Of a stretch of 64,000 nt of DNA, positions 38,329 to 47,618 are shown piece after piece (the first letter of the stretch is position 1; each line of letters opens with the position of its first letter). The stretch lies in contig JBGAON010000003.1 of NCBI GenBank assembly GCA_044221725.1, positions 64,001 through 128,000 of the forward strand. Reading direction: 5' to 3'. Source of the DNA: Elusimicrobiota bacterium. Its GTDB lineage: Bacteria > Elusimicrobiota > Elusimicrobia > F11. Below the pieces are notes generated by a model. The model made no database searches. It saw nothing but the letters and a program-made list of their open reading frames with translations, and was not told the DNA's origin. Made by a program: the position numbers and the translations under genes.

Positions 38329-39441
38329 TTATTTCGTGTTTTCGCGGGCGAGATCCCACCGGTACTGTAGGAACTTGTTCCATTCCTTGTACGTATCGAA
38401 CAAGTCGCCCGGAGGAAATGTCTCGATCATGCCGAAAACCATTTCGCTTTGATTGGGATCGATGCATTCAAGCGCAAACCGATAACCTGCCGCCGACTCT
38501 TGAATCTTTGTTCGCACGGTTAGAATGCCGGGGCCCGGATGATTCGTGAGAAATTCAGGATCTTCGATAATGCTGTACGCCTCATCGCGCAGTTTAAGTT
38601 CCAGTTCTTTGCGCTCGCCCGCCGTCAAGTGGGGGCGGCCTTCCAATAGCGGGCGCGCCAAATAAAAATGTTTGTAATTCGTGACCCGAAATTGCGGGGC
38701 CCGGTAAACGAGCACATTTTTGTTTTCGGAATCCACGGCATAGGAGCTCGTGGACGGACGAAATGAGAACCGATCCTCTTGAGCGGCTTCGGCGTTGCTC
38801 TTCTTGGCGCGGTCCAAGAGCCCACTGAGAAAAGTGGACCAATCGGTAAAAGCGGATTCGATGTTGGGGATCAGGTCGGAATTCTCATACGCCTTGTAAA
38901 TATCTCCGGGATAGAGCGTGGTGATCGCAAAAATTCGTTCGTCCGATTGCGCGTCGTGGCAGTCCAATTCAAATTTGGATCCTTTCAGCAGTGTGTCGGC
39001 TCGAAATGTTCGGTTGCCTTGTTTGTTCGTGTACCAGACATACGGTTTGATATCGATCACGGCGTACTCCATTCGCAGCACGCCGGGGCCCGGTTCGTCC
39101 ACAATCTGATAATGCTTTGAAACAACCGAGACGAGCTTCTGGCGTAGATTTTCCGACAGCGCGTCGTATTTCGGTCGATCCTCATCGCGTATCTTTTTCT
39201 GAGGGTTGTCATAGATCGACACAGGCATGATCAGGAATTTGTCGTAATCGATGACCCGTGTCGTCGGGTGCCGGAAAACCAGGGTCTCGGCTTTGAAATC
39301 GACTTTCTGAAAGTCTGTGTAATCGCCGAAGAAGCGGGAGTTCCTTGGCTGTTCGTGCAGCACGCAACTTGAAAGTGCCAGTGCCGAAATAAAACTCAAT
39401 TTGGTTAGTAGATTTCTTTTCAGCGGTTGTCGGATTCCCAT
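38329..39441 (-). CDS. DUF3313-like lipoprotein with a partial second domain copy
   Basis: Lipobox LSSC; SRFFGDY; PGPGVLR and PGPGILT duplicated. Confidence 0.65.
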   Translation of the reverse strand: MGIRQPLKRNLLTKLSFISALALSSCVLHEQPRNSRFFGDYTDFQKVDFKAETLVFRHPTTRVIDYDKFLIMPVSIYDNPQKKIRDEDRPKYDALSENLRQKLVSVVSKHYQIVDEPGPGVLRMEYAVIDIKPYVWYTNKQGNRTFRADTLLKGSKFELDCHDAQSDERIFAITTLYPGDIYKAYENSDLIPNIESAFTDWSTFLSGLLDRAKKSNAEAAQEDRFSFRPSTSSYAVDSENKNVLVYRAPQFRVTNYKHFYLARPLLEGRPHLTAGERKELELKLRDEAYSIIEDPEFLTNHPGPGILTVRTKIQESAAGYRFALECIDPNQSEMVFGMIETFPPGDLFDTYKEWNKFLQYRWDLARENTK

Positions 39442-39482
39442 GCCCTGAAGTCTAAGGAAAAATATGTACAATCGCCACCCTT

Positions 39483-39899
39483 ATGGACCGATTCCTCCGT
39501 GCTCTCGTTAAATATTCCGCCATTGTCGTGATCTTCGCGATCATTGGGTTTGGCTTGTGGTTTTGGGGAGCGCTGAAATACATTTACTCTTCTGGTGAAC
39601 GTGCGGGTTACGTCCAAAAATTCTCGAAACGCGGTTGGATGTTTAAGACCTGGGAAGGCGAGTTGGCCATGGTCAATTTGCCCGGCGCCATGCCCGAAAA
39701 ATTTGATTTTAGTGTCGTTGATGAAACCGTCGCAGAACGTTTGTCCGGTACGATGGGTCAGCGCGTTGTCTTAAAATACGAGCAGCATCGTTACATCCCC
39801 TTGCCAATATTCGCCGAAACCGAATATTTTGTAACCGACATTTTGCCTGTTCAGGAGGCTGCGGCCCCTCAGCCGTTGCCGGTTGCAACAGAGAAGTAA
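39483..39899 (+). CDS. Conserved single-TM hypothetical protein
   Basis: YSSGERAGYVQKFSKRGWMFKTWEGEL. Confidence 0.8.
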   Translation: MDRFLRALVKYSAIVVIFAIIGFGLWFWGALKYIYSSGERAGYVQKFSKRGWMFKTWEGELAMVNLPGAMPEKFDFSVVDETVAERLSGTMGQRVVLKYEQHRYIPLPIFAETEYFVTDILPVQEAAAPQPLPVATEK

Positions 39900-39945
39900 T
39901 TTACCTGTTCCTTTTCCTTGCCTGACCTAATCTTCGGAGGTATTC

Positions 39946-40353
39946 ATGTTTAAAGAATTCAAGCAGTTCGTTATGCGCGGCAATGTTGTTGATTTGGCCG
40001 TCGGTGTGATTATTGGAAGCGCCTTTGGGAAAATAGTGACGTCGTTGGTAAACGACATTCTTATGCCGCCGATAGGTGCGTTGCTAGGAAGCGTTGATTT
40101 CACTGATTTGAAAGTCGTTATCAAGCAGGCTTCCGATGGAGCCAAGCCTGTCACGATAAATTACGGGATCTTCATTAACACGGTTCTTGATTTTCTAATT
40201 GTTGCTTTTTGTGTGTTTATGGTCATCAAATTCCTGCAGGGCCTCAAAAAGAAGGAGCAGCCGGCTGCTGCCACCACGAAGCAGTGTCCTGAATGTTTTT
40301 CGAACATCGCCATCGCTGCAAAGCGTTGCGCGTTTTGCACGTCGCAGCTGTAA
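39946..40353 (+). CDS. mscL: Large-conductance mechanosensitive channel with C-terminal Cys4 motif
   Basis: [23 protein letters not shown]; tail CPEC...CAFC. Confidence 0.95.
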   Translation: MFKEFKQFVMRGNVVDLAVGVIIGSAFGKIVTSLVNDILMPPIGALLGSVDFTDLKVVIKQASDGAKPVTINYGIFINTVLDFLIVAFCVFMVIKFLQGLKKKEQPAAATTKQCPECFSNIAIAAKRCAFCTSQL

Positions 40354-40385
40354 GCGGTTACTCATATAAATAATAAGGAGTTGTT

Positions 40386-41120
40386 ATGAAGTCTCGGTTA
40401 GTGATTGGATTTACATTGATTTCGATGGTTGCGCCCGTCTTGCGCGCCGAAGATGCGCCAGCGGCGCCCAAAAAGCCGTGGAAAAGTGTAACGGAATTGT
40501 CCGTCGTGAGCTCGAACGGAAACACGAAATCCCAAAGTGCTGCTGGAAAAGAAACATTCACCTACGATTGGTCAAAAACGACCATGGAGTTGATTGGCGC
40601 GGGTTACAGTGCCAAGGACAAGGGTTCAAATACGGCGGAGCGTTACTTGGCGAGCGAAAAGCTTTCTTACAAATTGAGCGATCGCAATTATGCGTTTGAA
40701 AAATTCGAATGGAGCAAGGACCGGTTTTCGGGAATTCAGAATCGATACGACAGTACGGCCGGCTTCGGGCGAGATTTGGTGAAATCGAAGAAAAATTTGT
40801 TGCTCGCCGAGTTGGGTGGCGGTTATTTAAAAGAAGAGAGGATTTCGGAGGAAGACAAAGGATTCGCGACGGGGCGTGCCTATTCAAAGTATGTGCGCAC
40901 GTTATCTGAGACGTCCAATTTCAGCCAGGATGCCGAGTATGTTCAGAGCTTTGATGACTCCGAGGATTTTCGTGTGAAGACCGAGTCGTCGGTTACGGCC
41001 GCGATTGATTCTCATTTTGCATTGAAGTTGAGCTACATTTGGCGGCATTCGCAGAAGCCTCCAACCGGGTTTGGGCGCAACGACACGATTCTCACGGTTG
41101 CCTTGGTGGGCACCTACTAA
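40386..41120 (+). CDS. DUF481/YdiY-like outer-membrane beta-barrel
   Basis: Signal peptide; SNGNT and KDRFSG; terminal Tyr. Confidence 0.82.
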   Translation: MKSRLVIGFTLISMVAPVLRAEDAPAAPKKPWKSVTELSVVSSNGNTKSQSAAGKETFTYDWSKTTMELIGAGYSAKDKGSNTAERYLASEKLSYKLSDRNYAFEKFEWSKDRFSGIQNRYDSTAGFGRDLVKSKKNLLLAELGGGYLKEERISEEDKGFATGRAYSKYVRTLSETSNFSQDAEYVQSFDDSEDFRVKTESSVTAAIDSHFALKLSYIWRHSQKPPTGFGRNDTILTVALVGTY

Positions 41121-41144
41121 AGCTGTCTTAATTGCACCGAATTG

Positions 41145-41177
41145 AAAAAGGGTCTCGGGCGCCCGAGGCCCTTTTTA
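41145..41177. terminator. Intrinsic terminator, potentially bidirectional
   Basis: aaaaagggtctcgggc/gcccgaggcccttttt inverted repeat. Confidence 0.88.
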
Positions 41178-41187
41178 TTGCCTTTTA

Positions 41188-41206
41188 ATTGAAATAGTAT
41201 TTCAAT
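41188..41206. promoter_or_regulatory. Fur-family-like operator (perfect 9-1-9 palindrome)
   Basis: attgaaata-g-tatttcaat, just upstream of ttgaca (41213-41218) and a metal-uptake operon. Confidence 0.65.
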
Positions 41207-41359
41207 AAGTTATTGACACGTGGTGGCCACATTTTCTATATGGCATGCGGCCGTGAGCAGCGCATGGATATTTTCTCCTGTGTTGATCGCCCGCTGCCGG
41301 AGGGGAACAGCCACCCCTCCGGTTATAATTTGAAAAATTAAATCATTAAGGAGATATTA

Positions 41360-42193
41360 ATGTTTGGAAAGTTGAGAAGTAAGAAGTTGTTGATGAGCGG
41401 CGCGCTCATCGGATCGTTGTTTGGACTTGGAAGTTCGGTGGATGCAAACACGCGCCATTTCACGTACACGTATGAGAGTGCGGTGCTCGCCCCAGGCGCA
41501 CGGGAATTTGAATTATGGAACACCTATCGGACCGGACGTCATGAGTTTTACACGCAATTTGATCACCGCGCCGAGTTTGAATTTGGCCTCACTAAGAAGT
41601 TGCAAACCTCGTTGTATTTAAATTGGCAAACGATTTCTCAAATCGATCACACAACGACACCGGAAAGTATCGCGACAGCATCCGAATTCAAGGGTATTTC
41701 TTCAGAATGGAAATATCAGATGACCGACCCGGTGGCGGATAAAATCGGATCCGCCCTCTACGGCGAGGTGTCGCTGGGCACCGATGAGATGGAACTTGAG
41801 TCGAAACTCATTCTCGATAAACGGCTTGGAAGAAACTTGTTTGCTTACAACTTGGTGTTGGCCGGAGCATGGGAGCGCGAGCCCGTCGAGTGGGAATACG
41901 AGGAGACCGAACTTGAAAACAATCTCGGTTGGACGCATTTCTTCAAAGAAAATTTCGGTGCGGGCCTTGAGCTCCGCAACCACACCGAATTCACGAGCGA
42001 AAACCATCCGGAACATTCTTCTTTGTTCTTGGGGCCCGTTGTTTCGTATTCTGCGGACAGCTGGTGGTTGGCGTTCACATCGATGTGGCAACTGCCGGCA
42101 ATCAAGCGATCGGTGAGCGATCCGAATTCGGCTCTCGTTTTGGACGAGCACGAACGGTTCAACGCCCGGTTGCTATTGGGGTTCCATTTCTAA
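41360..42193 (+). CDS. Putative outer-membrane beta-barrel protein (DUF6662-like)
   Basis: Signal peptide; FTYTYES; terminal GFHF. Confidence 0.7.
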   Translation: MFGKLRSKKLLMSGALIGSLFGLGSSVDANTRHFTYTYESAVLAPGAREFELWNTYRTGRHEFYTQFDHRAEFEFGLTKKLQTSLYLNWQTISQIDHTTTPESIATASEFKGISSEWKYQMTDPVADKIGSALYGEVSLGTDEMELESKLILDKRLGRNLFAYNLVLAGAWEREPVEWEYEETELENNLGWTHFFKENFGAGLELRNHTEFTSENHPEHSSLFLGPVVSYSADSWWLAFTSMWQLPAIKRSVSDPNSALVLDEHERFNARLLLGFHF

Positions 42194-42194
42194 T

Positions 42195-42536
42195 TTGAAA
42201 ATTCGTAGTTTCACTATCTCGTTTGTTGTTATTGGTTTGATTGCCGGGTGTGCCACGATGCTTCCGCACGTCACACCCGGCCAAGCAAGCCAGTTGGCCG
42301 GCAAATGGCCGGATATGACGGTCGAAAAATACGAGGAAGCCAGGACTCTTTACACAAACCGCTGTTCCGGCTGTCACAATTTGATCCTTCCAAAGAAATT
42401 AACATTAGCGAAATGGCAGCCCATGCTCGACAAAATGGCGCCGAAGGCACGAATAAACGCCGAACAGAAAGAACTTTTGTGGCGTTACATAGCGGCCGCA
42501 AAAGAAGTGGTTCCCGAAGCCACAAAGCAGAATTAA
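42195..42536 (+). CDS. Monoheme c-type cytochrome lipoprotein
   Basis: Lipobox IAGC; CSGCH; distal KM; TTG start. Confidence 0.75.
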   Translation: MKIRSFTISFVVIGLIAGCATMLPHVTPGQASQLAGKWPDMTVEKYEEARTLYTNRCSGCHNLILPKKLTLAKWQPMLDKMAPKARINAEQKELLWRYIAAAKEVVPEATKQN

Positions 42537-42551
42537 GATTTGCAGGTTAAG

Positions 42552-42929
42552 ATGAAGACTCTATTCCAAATTTTCCTCCTGACGGCCATCATTGTTGGGT
42601 CAAGCCCAGTTTCAATGATTGTGGGTCCAGCAAATCAGGAATGTTCGATGTGCGGGCACGCTTGTTGTTGTCCGGAGATTTGCGCGTTGAAGCGTGCCGC
42701 GCTTCGCGCTCGCTGCAAACGGGATTTGTGCAGGATCGGAGCCTCTCATTCATTCGGAATGGGCGCGACCGACCAACCGTCAACGCGTGTGGACTCCCCG
42801 CTCGCCGTTTTGAACGCTGCGGCGTTAAAACCATCCATGGAATTTGCGCGCGCAACTTATCAATCGAATTCCTTCGGTTCACTTACTCCCGAAAATATTC
42901 TCACTCCTCCGCCAAGAGTTCTTCTTTAA
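42552..42929 (+). CDS. Cys-rich exported leader-like protein ending TPPPR (CutF/DUF2946-like)
   Basis: Signal-like N-terminus, CSMCGHACCCPEIC, C-terminal PPP. Confidence 0.6.
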   Translation: MKTLFQIFLLTAIIVGSSPVSMIVGPANQECSMCGHACCCPEICALKRAALRARCKRDLCRIGASHSFGMGATDQPSTRVDSPLAVLNAAALKPSMEFARATYQSNSFGSLTPENILTPPPRVLL

Positions 42930-43013
42930 CTCCAATCTATCGTTAACGTCATTTAAATTCGTTCGATCGTCTTTGGATCAAACGATTGGTTTATTTTTTT
43001 TTCTGGAGGATTT

Positions 43014-43994
43014 ATGAAAAGGTTCATTTCTGTTTTAGCCGTATTTTTATCGATCACCGCGCCGCTATTCGCGAGCTGTGGATCGGCGTCATGCCCAATT
43101 GATATTTATTCGATGGATCGCACCGAGAAGGGATTCGTGCGGGTCGACTATTCCTATGAGTATATCGACCAGAATCAACCGCGCATCGGACGGCAAGCGG
43201 CCGCGGTCGGTGAAATTCGCGGTCACCATGACGAAGTTTACACGCTGAACCAAACGCAACGACTTGGAATTGATGTGGGGCTTGCGTCGCGTTGGAATTT
43301 GCAGTTGGTGCTGCCGTTTGTTCACCGGGAGCACGATCACATTCATCATCACATGGGAGCGAATGTGAACGAGAGTTGGAATTTTAATGGCATGGGCGAC
43401 CTGACTCTGTTGAATCGCATCGGCTTGAACACGCCAGCGAGTCCGGCATCGCCGTATCTTGCGGCGATCATCGGCGGCGTGTTGCCAACGGGGCGTGAGC
43501 AAGCCCAAAATGCCGATGGCGATGACGCCGAGATCGGGATTCTGCCAGGCAAAGGTGCGTATTCTCTTATTTTGGGCGTGTCCGAGTCTCAGTCTTTCAA
43601 AGCCAAGACGTTAAACGGGCTGTACGCGCGCGTGCCGATTTTTGTGAGCTCGACATACCAGTGGAACGGCAAAGGCACCGATGATTATCGTGTCGGAGAT
43701 ATTTGGCTCGCAAACATCGGCGTCACGTATCCGTTGCTGCCCAGGCTCGGTTTTATAAACCAGTTGAACTTTCGTGTAAATCTGCGGGATGACAAAGGGA
43801 ACACGCGGGAAGAAGTCGAAAAGACTGGCGGCAGCTATTTGTATTTCAGCCCAGGAATTCAATTGACGTTTGCCGAAAACCTCTGGTCTTATATGATTGT
43901 GCAGCTGCCGTTGTACCAACGCGTGAACGGAATTCAGCTGACGTCCGATTCAAATTTCTTGCTGGGCATGTCGTACAAATTCAGCGCATTGTAA
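43014..43994 (+). CDS. Outer-membrane transporter-like protein with N-terminal CxxxxC and His-rich loop
   Basis: Signal, SCGSASCP, HREHDHIHHH, GMGD and LPTG beta-barrel motifs. Confidence 0.7.
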   Translation: MKRFISVLAVFLSITAPLFASCGSASCPIDIYSMDRTEKGFVRVDYSYEYIDQNQPRIGRQAAAVGEIRGHHDEVYTLNQTQRLGIDVGLASRWNLQLVLPFVHREHDHIHHHMGANVNESWNFNGMGDLTLLNRIGLNTPASPASPYLAAIIGGVLPTGREQAQNADGDDAEIGILPGKGAYSLILGVSESQSFKAKTLNGLYARVPIFVSSTYQWNGKGTDDYRVGDIWLANIGVTYPLLPRLGFINQLNFRVNLRDDKGNTREEVEKTGGSYLYFSPGIQLTFAENLWSYMIVQLPLYQRVNGIQLTSDSNFLLGMSYKFSAL

Positions 43995-44008
43995 TTAAGG
44001 AGACAGAC

Positions 44009-44485
44009 ATGAAGACGAACATTGGAATTGGCGAAAAAGAGCGGATGGAAGTTGTGAAGATTCTGAACCGGAATTTGAGTGACTTGTATGTTCTTCTGAC
44101 GAAGACTCGCAACTACCACTGGAATGTGGTGGGGCCTCGCTTCAATGACTTGCACAAGTTTTTCGATGAACAGTATGAACAATTAAACGAAGCCATTGAT
44201 GAGGTGGCGGAGCGTGTAAGAAGCCTTGGCGGAAAAACGGTCGCGACACTTAAAGAATTCTCGCGGCTGACACGGTTAGAGGAACAGCCGGGCAAATATC
44301 CGCCGGCGGATCGTATGCTGGCACGCTTACTGGAGGATCACGAGCAGGTTATCCGAACTTTGCGCCAAGATGTGGATGACACCAACGAAAAATATCATGA
44401 TGTCGGCACGAGTGATTTTTTAACCGGGCTAATGGAGTCTCATGAGAAAATGGCATGGATGCTAAGGTCCTTTCTCGAAAAATAA
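44009..44485 (+). CDS. dps: Dps DNA-binding ferritin-like protein
   Basis: KTRNYHWNVVGPRFNDLHKFF, DEVAER and HEKMAWML. Confidence 0.95.
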   Translation: MKTNIGIGEKERMEVVKILNRNLSDLYVLLTKTRNYHWNVVGPRFNDLHKFFDEQYEQLNEAIDEVAERVRSLGGKTVATLKEFSRLTRLEEQPGKYPPADRMLARLLEDHEQVIRTLRQDVDDTNEKYHDVGTSDFLTGLMESHEKMAWMLRSFLEK

Positions 44486-44742
44486 AAACGCTTCGCTTAG
44501 TATTAGCGCTGCTTGCTTGTGCGTCCATTGTCACCCATCTGGGGCATGCGGACGCCAAGCACGCGCGTCTTACCGATAACGACTGCACAATTTGTCACGC
44601 ACTTACCTCGTCGGATATCTCGCACGATGTTGGTTTGGGTCCGCGGATGGTTTCCTGGGAAACGGCATTTTTTGATGTTCCATTCGTTTCTTTTTCCGCG
44701 TCTTTATCGCTAACCTTTCCTCGCGCGCCTCCCACCGTTTAA
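44455..44742 (+). CDS. DUF2946/CruR-like leader protein with CxxC and RAPP
   Basis: Hydrophobic N-region, HLGH, DCTICH, C-terminal PRAPP. Confidence 0.72.
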   Translation: MDAKVLSRKIKTLRLVLALLACASIVTHLGHADAKHARLTDNDCTICHALTSSDISHDVGLGPRMVSWETAFFDVPFVSFSASLSLTFPRAPPTV

Positions 44743-44799
44743 CGATCAAAAGCTGTGACTCGAGCTCCCGCTCGGGTATTCGATCTTTAGGAGGCCGTT

Positions 44800-45978
44800 A
44801 TGCGTCTCAATATCTCAAAATTTTTTGCCGTGTTTATTTTTGCAGCAGGCTCTTTCTCGGTTGGTTCCGCGGACGTTACTATGGAAGAGGTGCGTGCAGA
44901 AATTCAAAAGCAGATTGAAGCTGTATCAAGACCCGCCAGTAATCCGAGTGTGTTCAATCCCGCGATGGGACTGACCCTCGATGCGGTGGCCTCAAACACC
45001 ACGTTGAACCAAGGAAATTTTGACTTTCGGTCGGCCGAATTGAATGTTCAAGCGGCGATCGATCCGTTTGCAAAATTGTTTGCCGTGTTTAATGGAACTC
45101 CCGATGGATTTGAAGTAGAGGAAGCGTTTTTCATGACCACTTCCTTGCCCGCGGTGACCGTTCGCGGCGGCCGGATGTTTGCGAATGTTGGCAGGCTGCC
45201 CCATTGGCATGATCACGAATTACCGTTTGTGAACCGACCCGCGTCCGTTGATCGTTTCGTGGGTGGCGAGTCGCGGGCAGACGGCGTTGAAGTGATGCAC
45301 TTGTTTCGAACGCCATTTTTTCTGCAAGGAACCCTGGGCGCTTACAACAAAATCGGGTCGGACAACGATCGTCTTGAGTCAAACACCGGCAACGATCATC
45401 GCTCCGGTCGGCCGTGGGATGCGTTTACCTATCTTGGTCGCCTGTTTTCGTACGTGCCGTTTGGGGACAATTTTGGTGTGGATGTTGGCATCAGCGAAGC
45501 GTGGACACCGAGACAATATTTTATCAACGGAAACGAAGTGAGTCTTGGAAATGCATCCCGGTCTTTAACGGCCGCTGATTTCACGTTTCGATTCGAACCA
45601 CTGGAGAACAATGTTTTCCGGAAACTGTTGTGGGGAACGGAAATTTTCCGCAACAGTGAATTGCGCGAAAAGAACGACGCGACCGCCGGACTTATATATC
45701 CCCGGCAAACATCAGCGGGGGGGTATTCGTACATCGATTGGCGATTCGCTCGTCTGTGGAGTGCGGGACCCTTCTATGATCACGCCGAAGATATTGATGA
45801 TCCTCACATTCAAACCGATAGCGGCGGCGCGATGTTGAATTTTCTTCCGTCGGAGTTTCAGCGAATTCGTTTGCAAATCAGTCGCGTAAAGACCGAAGGG
45901 ATGCGCGAAGATAATCAAGTTTATGTGCAGTACTTCGCGACAATTGGTTCGCACGTGCACGTGTTTAAAGACCGTTAA
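44800..45978 (+). CDS. Outer-membrane protein of the metal (Zn-type) uptake-associated family
   Basis: FNPAMG, AELNVQAAIDP, HWHDHELPFV, PSEFQRIRLQ and C-terminal IGSHVHVF. Confidence 0.78.
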   Translation: MRLNISKFFAVFIFAAGSFSVGSADVTMEEVRAEIQKQIEAVSRPASNPSVFNPAMGLTLDAVASNTTLNQGNFDFRSAELNVQAAIDPFAKLFAVFNGTPDGFEVEEAFFMTTSLPAVTVRGGRMFANVGRLPHWHDHELPFVNRPASVDRFVGGESRADGVEVMHLFRTPFFLQGTLGAYNKIGSDNDRLESNTGNDHRSGRPWDAFTYLGRLFSYVPFGDNFGVDVGISEAWTPRQYFINGNEVSLGNASRSLTAADFTFRFEPLENNVFRKLLWGTEIFRNSELREKNDATAGLIYPRQTSAGGYSYIDWRFARLWSAGPFYDHAEDIDDPHIQTDSGGAMLNFLPSEFQRIRLQISRVKTEGMREDNQVYVQYFATIGSHVHVFKDR

Positions 45979-45997
45979 CCTTTTTAGGAGAAAAAAT

Positions 45998-46909
45998 ATG
46001 AAACGAATAATTTGTTTTTTTATCGCGATCATTTCATTAACAGTATTGCCGAATCTATCGTGGGCCAAACTCCGGATTGTTGCGACGACACCGGATTTGG
46101 CCGATATCGCCAAGCAGATTGGAGGGGAGCAGGTGGATGTGGAAAGTTTGGCGAAAGGTACCGAAGACATTCACACGGTGCCGCAGCGGCCAAGCTTTGT
46201 TCCAAAACTCAACCGCGCCGATGCTGTTGTGTTGCTGGGTTTCGATGCCGAGCACGCGTTTTTGCCGGCGCTTCTTGATGTGGCTCAAAACCCGGCCCTT
46301 ATGCCCGGCAAGAACGGCTACATCGACTGCAGTGTTGGTATCAAGCCATTGGACGTGCCCGCCATCATTTCGCGTGCCGAAGGCGAACAACATCCGCTCG
46401 GCAATCCGCATTACAATATCGATCCACGGAATGGAGCTGTCATCGCAAAAACAATTTCGTCGGCATTGGCGCGATTGGATCCGTCGCACGGAGACGTTTT
46501 TGTAAAAAATGAAAATGCGTTTGAGTCGAAGCTCAAGGGCCGTTTGGAGGAATGGAACAATGAGCGGAAAACCCTCATCGGAACAAAAGCCGTCTCGTAC
46601 CACCCGTCGATGGCGTATCTGGCCGATTACCTGGGGATCAAAATGGTTGGTACGCTTGAGCCCAAGCCTGGTATCGCCCCCACGCCCAAGCATCTCGAAG
46701 AGCTTGTGCAGAGAATGAAATTGGAAAATGCCACGTTGATCTTGCGAGAAGTGCAATACAGCGATCAGACGGCCAGTTGGCTGGCGGCGCAAACAGGCGC
46801 AAAAGTCGCTACAGTGGCAACAATGGGCGGCGCTTTTCCGGATTCAGGGTCCTATATCGGAATGATCGCTCACAATATTCGCGCGATCGTCGCCACGCAA
46901 TCGAAATGA
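45998..46909 (+). CDS. Zn/Mn ABC substrate-binding protein (ZnuA/TroA-like)
   Basis: EDIH, HPLGNPHY, YH and EPKPGIAPT. Confidence 0.9.
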   Translation: MKRIICFFIAIISLTVLPNLSWAKLRIVATTPDLADIAKQIGGEQVDVESLAKGTEDIHTVPQRPSFVPKLNRADAVVLLGFDAEHAFLPALLDVAQNPALMPGKNGYIDCSVGIKPLDVPAIISRAEGEQHPLGNPHYNIDPRNGAVIAKTISSALARLDPSHGDVFVKNENAFESKLKGRLEEWNNERKTLIGTKAVSYHPSMAYLADYLGIKMVGTLEPKPGIAPTPKHLEELVQRMKLENATLILREVQYSDQTASWLAAQTGAKVATVATMGGAFPDSGSYIGMIAHNIRAIVATQSK

Positions 46910-47616
46910 ACAGCGAAAAGGAATACCCGTTGATTCGCGTCGAGCAAGCGTCGTTTGGCTACAACGGATCCGCTATTGTTGAAAACGTAACGCTGGATAT
47001 TAACGCAGCGGATTTTATTGGGCTTGTTGGTCCGAATGGGGCCGGAAAGAGCACGTTGTTCAAGGGCCTGCTGGGTTTGATCAAGCCTCTGCGAGGGAAT
47101 GTTTGGCACGCGCCGAGGATCAAGCGGCGCATCGGTTATGTGCCACAGCGCGATCAGTTGGACGCCGTTTATCCTCTTACGGCATTTGATGTGGCCTGCA
47201 TGGGGATTACGGGCGGGTTACCGTGGTACCGCTTTTCTTCGGAAGAGACCGACAATTTGGTGCGAGCGACGCTTAAAAGGGTGGCCATGGATGACAAATC
47301 GGAACATCTCTTTGCCGAAATGTCGGGCGGGCAGCGCCAACGGGTACTGATTGCTCGGGCGCTTGCGATTAAACCGGAAATTCTTGTTCTCGATGAGCCA
47401 ACAGCCGGGATTGACCCGGTCGCGGAGGAAAATATTCTGAATCTTCTGCACGAACTAAACCAAAATGAACGGTTGACGATTCTTATGGTTTCTCATCACA
47501 TCCATTCGTTGCGACAACATGCGAACCGCGCGGTGCTCATCAAAAATTCGGCGGTGATTAGTGGCAACGCCGAACAACTGTTGCATCCGCAGAAAATTGT
47601 TGAGCTTTTGAGTTGA
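46906..47616 (+). CDS. Metal ABC ATP-binding protein (ZnuC-like)
   Basis: GPNGAGKS, IGYVPQ and MSGGQRQR. Confidence 0.9.
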   Translation: MNSEKEYPLIRVEQASFGYNGSAIVENVTLDINAADFIGLVGPNGAGKSTLFKGLLGLIKPLRGNVWHAPRIKRRIGYVPQRDQLDAVYPLTAFDVACMGITGGLPWYRFSSEETDNLVRATLKRVAMDDKSEHLFAEMSGGQRQRVLIARALAIKPEILVLDEPTAGIDPVAEENILNLLHELNQNERLTILMVSHHIHSLRQHANRAVLIKNSAVISGNAEQLLHPQKIVELLS

Positions 47617-47618
47617 TC

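Noticed and set aside
39483..39899. 6-phosphogluconate dehydrogenase label often attached to this family
   Set aside because: The protein is 138 aa with a TM and no Rossmann motif.
41240..41341. 33-codon ORF in the metal operon leader
   Set aside because: It has no RBS or recognisable motif and starts inside the predicted -10 region.
43951..43976. Possible ECF promoter before dps
   Set aside because: CGTA is present but the -35 reads AAAT rather than GAAC, and it lies inside coding sequence.
44584..44598. CTICH as a heme c attachment site
   Set aside because: The context (short ORF, RAPP end, position before a transporter) fits a DUF2946-like leader better; heme binding is not excluded.
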